Source of the DNA: an uncultured delta proteobacterium
Lineage (GTDB): Bacteria; Myxococcota_A; Polyangia; Polyangiales; Polyangiaceae
Reading direction: 5' to 3'
DNA: 64,000 nt
Assembly (NCBI GenBank): GCA_963806225.1
Contig: CAWDXG010000004.1
Coordinates: 5,472,001 to 5,536,000, forward strand
Of the stretch, positions 61,224 to 64,000 are shown piece by piece; the first letter of the stretch is position 1, and the number at the start of each line of letters is the position of its first letter. Below the pieces are notes generated by a model, which made no database searches, was not told the DNA's origin, and worked only from the letters and a program-made list of their open reading frames with translations. The translations under genes were made by a program, and so were the position numbers.

Positions 61224-62534
61224 ATGTCCGGGAAGAAACGTGATCCGAGTGGCGCAGACGCGCGCAGCATCGCGGCGCGGGTGCTCTCCCGTGTCAGCCG
61301 CGACAAGGCCTATGCCGCCGCCGCGCTGGACGCGGAGCTCGACCGCCACCCGCAGCTCGACGCACGCGAGCGCGCGCTGGCGACCGAGCTCTGCTACGGC
61401 TGCCTCCGCTGCCGCGGCGCACTGCTGGAGCGGCTGCGGGCGTTTGCGCCGCGCGGAATCGCAGGCGGCGACCCGGAGGTGGAAGCGCATCTGCTGGTCG
61501 CCGCGTACCAGCTCTCGGTGCTGTCCAGGGTGCCGGACTTCGCGGCTGTCGACGCGGCGGTTGGCGCAATCAAGAAGCTGCGCGGGCCGAAGCTCGGCGG
61601 TTTTGCCAACGCGGTGCTGCGCAAGCTCGCCGCGGGAGAGAAGCTCGAGCGGAGCGAAGCGGTGCTCGCGAGTGCGCCCGCGTGGCTTCGCGAGCGGCTG
61701 GAGCAGGCGGTGGGCGTCGACGAGGCGCGGGCACTGCTCGGAGCCGAGCCCGAAGCCGCAGCGCCGGGTGTCGCGCTCCGCCTCGTCGGAACCGGCGAGC
61801 TGCCTGGATGGCTCGCGGGTGCCGAAGCCGGACGCGCATCGCCACGGTCGCGCATCGTCCGGCGTGTGGGCGATCCGCGCCGTCTAGCCGGCTACGCCGA
61901 AGGCGCGTTCGTGGTCCAGGAAGAGGGCGCGCAGGTCGTGGGGCTCGCGCTCGGAGCGCGCGAGGGCGAGCGCGTTCTCGACGCGTGCGCGGGGCGCGGG
62001 CAGAAAAGTTCGCTCCTCGCCGAGCAGGTGGGAGCGGCAGGCGAGCTCTGGGCGACCGACATCCACAGCTCGAAGCTGCGCGCCCTCGCGGCCGAGCTTG
62101 AACGGCTCGGTCTGCCCGCGGCCCACACCCTGGCCGTGGACTGGACGGTGGGAGGCGGCGAGGTGCCCGGCGACTTCGACCGCGTCCTGGTGGACGCGCC
62201 ATGTACCGGCACCGGCACGCTGCGTCGCCGCCCCGAGATCGCACTGCGGCTGGAACCTGGCGACCCGGCGCGGCTCGGCGAGCTGTCCGCACGCATCCTG
62301 GAACACGCCGCATCCCACGCCCGGCCGGGCGGGCGCGTCCTGTTCGCCGTGTGCAGCGTGTTGCCGGAGGAGGCCGAGCAGGTTGTCGAGCGTGTGGCCC
62401 ATCTGCTCGAGCCCGCGCCCTTCGACGCGCCCGGGCTCGACGGCGTGTGCGAGCCCGGAGCCACCTCGTTCCGGCTTCTGCCGGGGCGGCACGGCACGGA
62501 TGGCTACTTCGTGGCGTCGTTCGTGCGGCGCTAG
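61224..62534 (+). CDS. rsmB: 16S rRNA m5C methyltransferase RsmB/Sun (NusB-like N-terminus)
   Basis: LATELCYG, FANAVLRK, VQEEGAQ, VLDACAGRGQK, VLVDAPCTGTG.LRRRPE, VCS, DGYF. Confidence 0.85.
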   Translation: MSGKKRDPSGADARSIAARVLSRVSRDKAYAAAALDAELDRHPQLDARERALATELCYGCLRCRGALLERLRAFAPRGIAGGDPEVEAHLLVAAYQLSVLSRVPDFAAVDAAVGAIKKLRGPKLGGFANAVLRKLAAGEKLERSEAVLASAPAWLRERLEQAVGVDEARALLGAEPEAAAPGVALRLVGTGELPGWLAGAEAGRASPRSRIVRRVGDPRRLAGYAEGAFVVQEEGAQVVGLALGAREGERVLDACAGRGQKSSLLAEQVGAAGELWATDIHSSKLRALAAELERLGLPAAHTLAVDWTVGGGEVPGDFDRVLVDAPCTGTGTLRRRPEIALRLEPGDPARLGELSARILEHAASHARPGGRVLFAVCSVLPEEAEQVVERVAHLLEPAPFDAPGLDGVCEPGATSFRLLPGRHGTDGYFVASFVRR

Positions 62535-62536
62535 CG

Positions 62537-62824
62537 CTACTTCATCAGCTCGTCGCAGGCGCCGAGATCCCCGGCCGTTTCGGCGTGCATCACGCAACGA
62601 TAGGCTGACTGCGTGGCCTTTCCGAGGCAGGCGTCCACGCCAGCGCGCTCGCCGACCTGCTCGGCCATCTCCAGTCCGCTGGTGCCGGCGCTCCTGAGCC
62701 GGTGTTCCTTGCGGACCAGATCCACACACTGGTGTCGGGTCAGTTCGGTGGCCGCCGGCTTGCCTTTGCAGGAAGCGACAGCGGGCGGGAGGGCGAGGGC
62801 GAGCAGGATCGGGGCGAGGCGCAT
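62537..62824 (-). CDS. Small Cys-containing lipoprotein
   Basis: Signal peptide with VASC lipobox; four further Cys. Confidence 0.55.
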   Translation of the reverse strand: MRLAPILLALALPPAVASCKGKPAATELTRHQCVDLVRKEHRLRSAGTSGLEMAEQVGERAGVDACLGKATQSAYRCVMHAETAGDLGACDELMK

Positions 62825-62903
62825 GATCCCCTAGCGTACCGCGTCCTTTCTCCCTCGTCGCGGCGGCTTGCGTCCGGGCCCGGAACGCGCGAAACGATCG
62901 GGC

Positions 62904-63797
62904 ATGGCAAAGCTCGAGCTCGGCGGCGCGTACACCGCGCTGGTCACTCCCTTCACCGAAGACGGCTCCGCGATCGATTTCGAGGCCTACGAGAAGCTCG
63001 TCGAGGCGCAGATCGCCGGCGGCATCTCGGGGCTCGTGCCGTGCGGCACGACCGGCGAGACGCCGACGCTCTCCGACAGCGAGCAGCGCGAGCTGGTGAA
63101 GCGCACGGTGGGCGCCGCCAAGGGACGCGTGCCCGTGCTCGTCGGCACCGGCTCGAACAGCACCAAGAAGAGCATCGAGGCGTCGAAGGCGGCGCTCGAG
63201 GCCGGCGCGGACGCCGTGATGATCGTGATGCCGTACTACAACAAGCCGTCGCAGGAAGGCATGGTGCGGCACGTCGAGCTGATCGCGAAGGCCGTCGACG
63301 CGCCGATCGTGCTCTACAACATCCCTGGGCGTTCGGGCGTGGAGCTGTCGGTGGCGAGCCTGCTCCGTATCCTCGACAGCTCGCCGGGCGTGGTGGGCGT
63401 GAAGGACGCGACCGGCAACGTGCAGAGCTGTCAGCAGCTGCTCTCCAAGGCCGGCGACCGTGTGGTCGTGATGAGCGGCGACGACCCGCTCACGCTGCCG
63501 ATGATGAGCGTGGGTGCAAGAGGCGTGATCAGTGTGACCTCCAACGTGTATCCGAAGCAGGTCTTGGAGGTCGTCGCCGACGCCGCCGCGGGCCGCTGGG
63601 ACGACGCGCGCAGGAAGCACTTCGCACTGCTGCCTGTTCACGCGGCCATGTTCATTGAACCCAATCCGCAGCCGGTGAAGGCGGCCCTCTCCCTCGAAGG
63701 CTTCCTGCGCGCGACGGTGCGCCCGCCGATGATCGAGGCGAGCGAGGCGTGCCGGAGCGCCGTGGCCCAGGCCATGAAGGACTACGAGGCCTCGTGA
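62904..63797 (+). CDS. dapA: 4-hydroxy-tetrahydrodipicolinate synthase
   Basis: TALVTPF, GTTGE, PYYNKPSQEG, LYNIPGR, GVKDATG, SGDD, PNPQPVK. Confidence 0.95.
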   Translation: MAKLELGGAYTALVTPFTEDGSAIDFEAYEKLVEAQIAGGISGLVPCGTTGETPTLSDSEQRELVKRTVGAAKGRVPVLVGTGSNSTKKSIEASKAALEAGADAVMIVMPYYNKPSQEGMVRHVELIAKAVDAPIVLYNIPGRSGVELSVASLLRILDSSPGVVGVKDATGNVQSCQQLLSKAGDRVVVMSGDDPLTLPMMSVGARGVISVTSNVYPKQVLEVVADAAAGRWDDARRKHFALLPVHAAMFIEPNPQPVKAALSLEGFLRATVRPPMIEASEACRSAVAQAMKDYEAS

Positions 63798-64000
63798 AGC
63801 TCGCTCTGCACGGCGCCACGGGGCGCATGGGCCTCACCATCGCGCGGCTCGCACACGCGGCGGACGACATCCAGCTGGTCGGCGCGGTGTGCTCCAGCGT
63901 GGATCCGAAACAGGGAGCGGACGTCGGCGAGCTCGCAGGCGTGGGCACGCTCGGCGTGATCGCGACGGCGGATCTCGGCGCGGGGCTGCTGGGTGCGGAC
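63794..64000 (+). CDS. dapB: 4-hydroxy-tetrahydrodipicolinate reductase (5' part; runs off the window)
   Basis: GTGA overlap with dapA; VKLALHGATGRMG Rossmann motif; G.DVGELAG. Confidence 0.85.
   Translation, partial: MKLALHGATGRMGLTIARLAHAADDIQLVGAVCSSVDPKQGADVGELAGVGTLGVIATADLGAGLLGAD

Noticed and set aside
59538..62534. 998 aa RseP-RsmB fusion ORF
   Set aside because: The middle ~350 aa is Arg-rich off-frame translation. The true RseP C-half is in ORF 60184-61215 and rsmB has its own ATG at 61224.

Overview
High-GC bacterial chromosomal segment. It is most consistent with a myxobacterium (Polyangiaceae/Sorangiineae-like), judged from the many Gly/Thr-linker and Cys-rich lipoproteins, Ser/Thr kinases, two sigma54 activators and a GldAFG/DUF4340 ABC cluster; this taxonomy is inferred. 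About 45 real genes are present. In order: a cell-surface lipoprotein/hydrolase block (1-11.7 kb); xanthine dehydrogenase xdhAB and xdhC, separated by a ~5.9 kb accessory block; a kinase-fused sigma54 activator coupled to an orphan Dam-family methylase; kinase, SH3 and Gld-ABC genes; a GH31; a polysaccharide cluster with two methyltransferases; alkB with a divergent TetR and twin palindromic operators; secA; an EF-hand NOX5-like oxidase; and rseP-rsmB-dapA-dapB. The best candidate for an undescribed system is at 15.7-21.2 kb. There a sigma54-type promoter, with two palindromes sharing a TCCATCA/TGATGGA half-site upstream, precedes a two-gene unit closed by a hairpin. The unit encodes an unknown secreted protein and a non-canonical diheme bCcP/MauG-family lipoprotein lacking the inter-heme Trp. 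It is followed by a CxxC peroxiredoxin-like gene and a sigma54 activator whose receiver has lost all four phosphorylation residues and is Cys-rich. Five genes each carry a single +1 frameshift, most likely a sequencing or assembly error. Two of these create the false xdhA-xdhB and rseP-rsmB fusions in the ORF track. No rRNA, tRNA, CRISPR array, integrase or transposase was recognised. All product calls come from motif recognition by eye, with no database searches.
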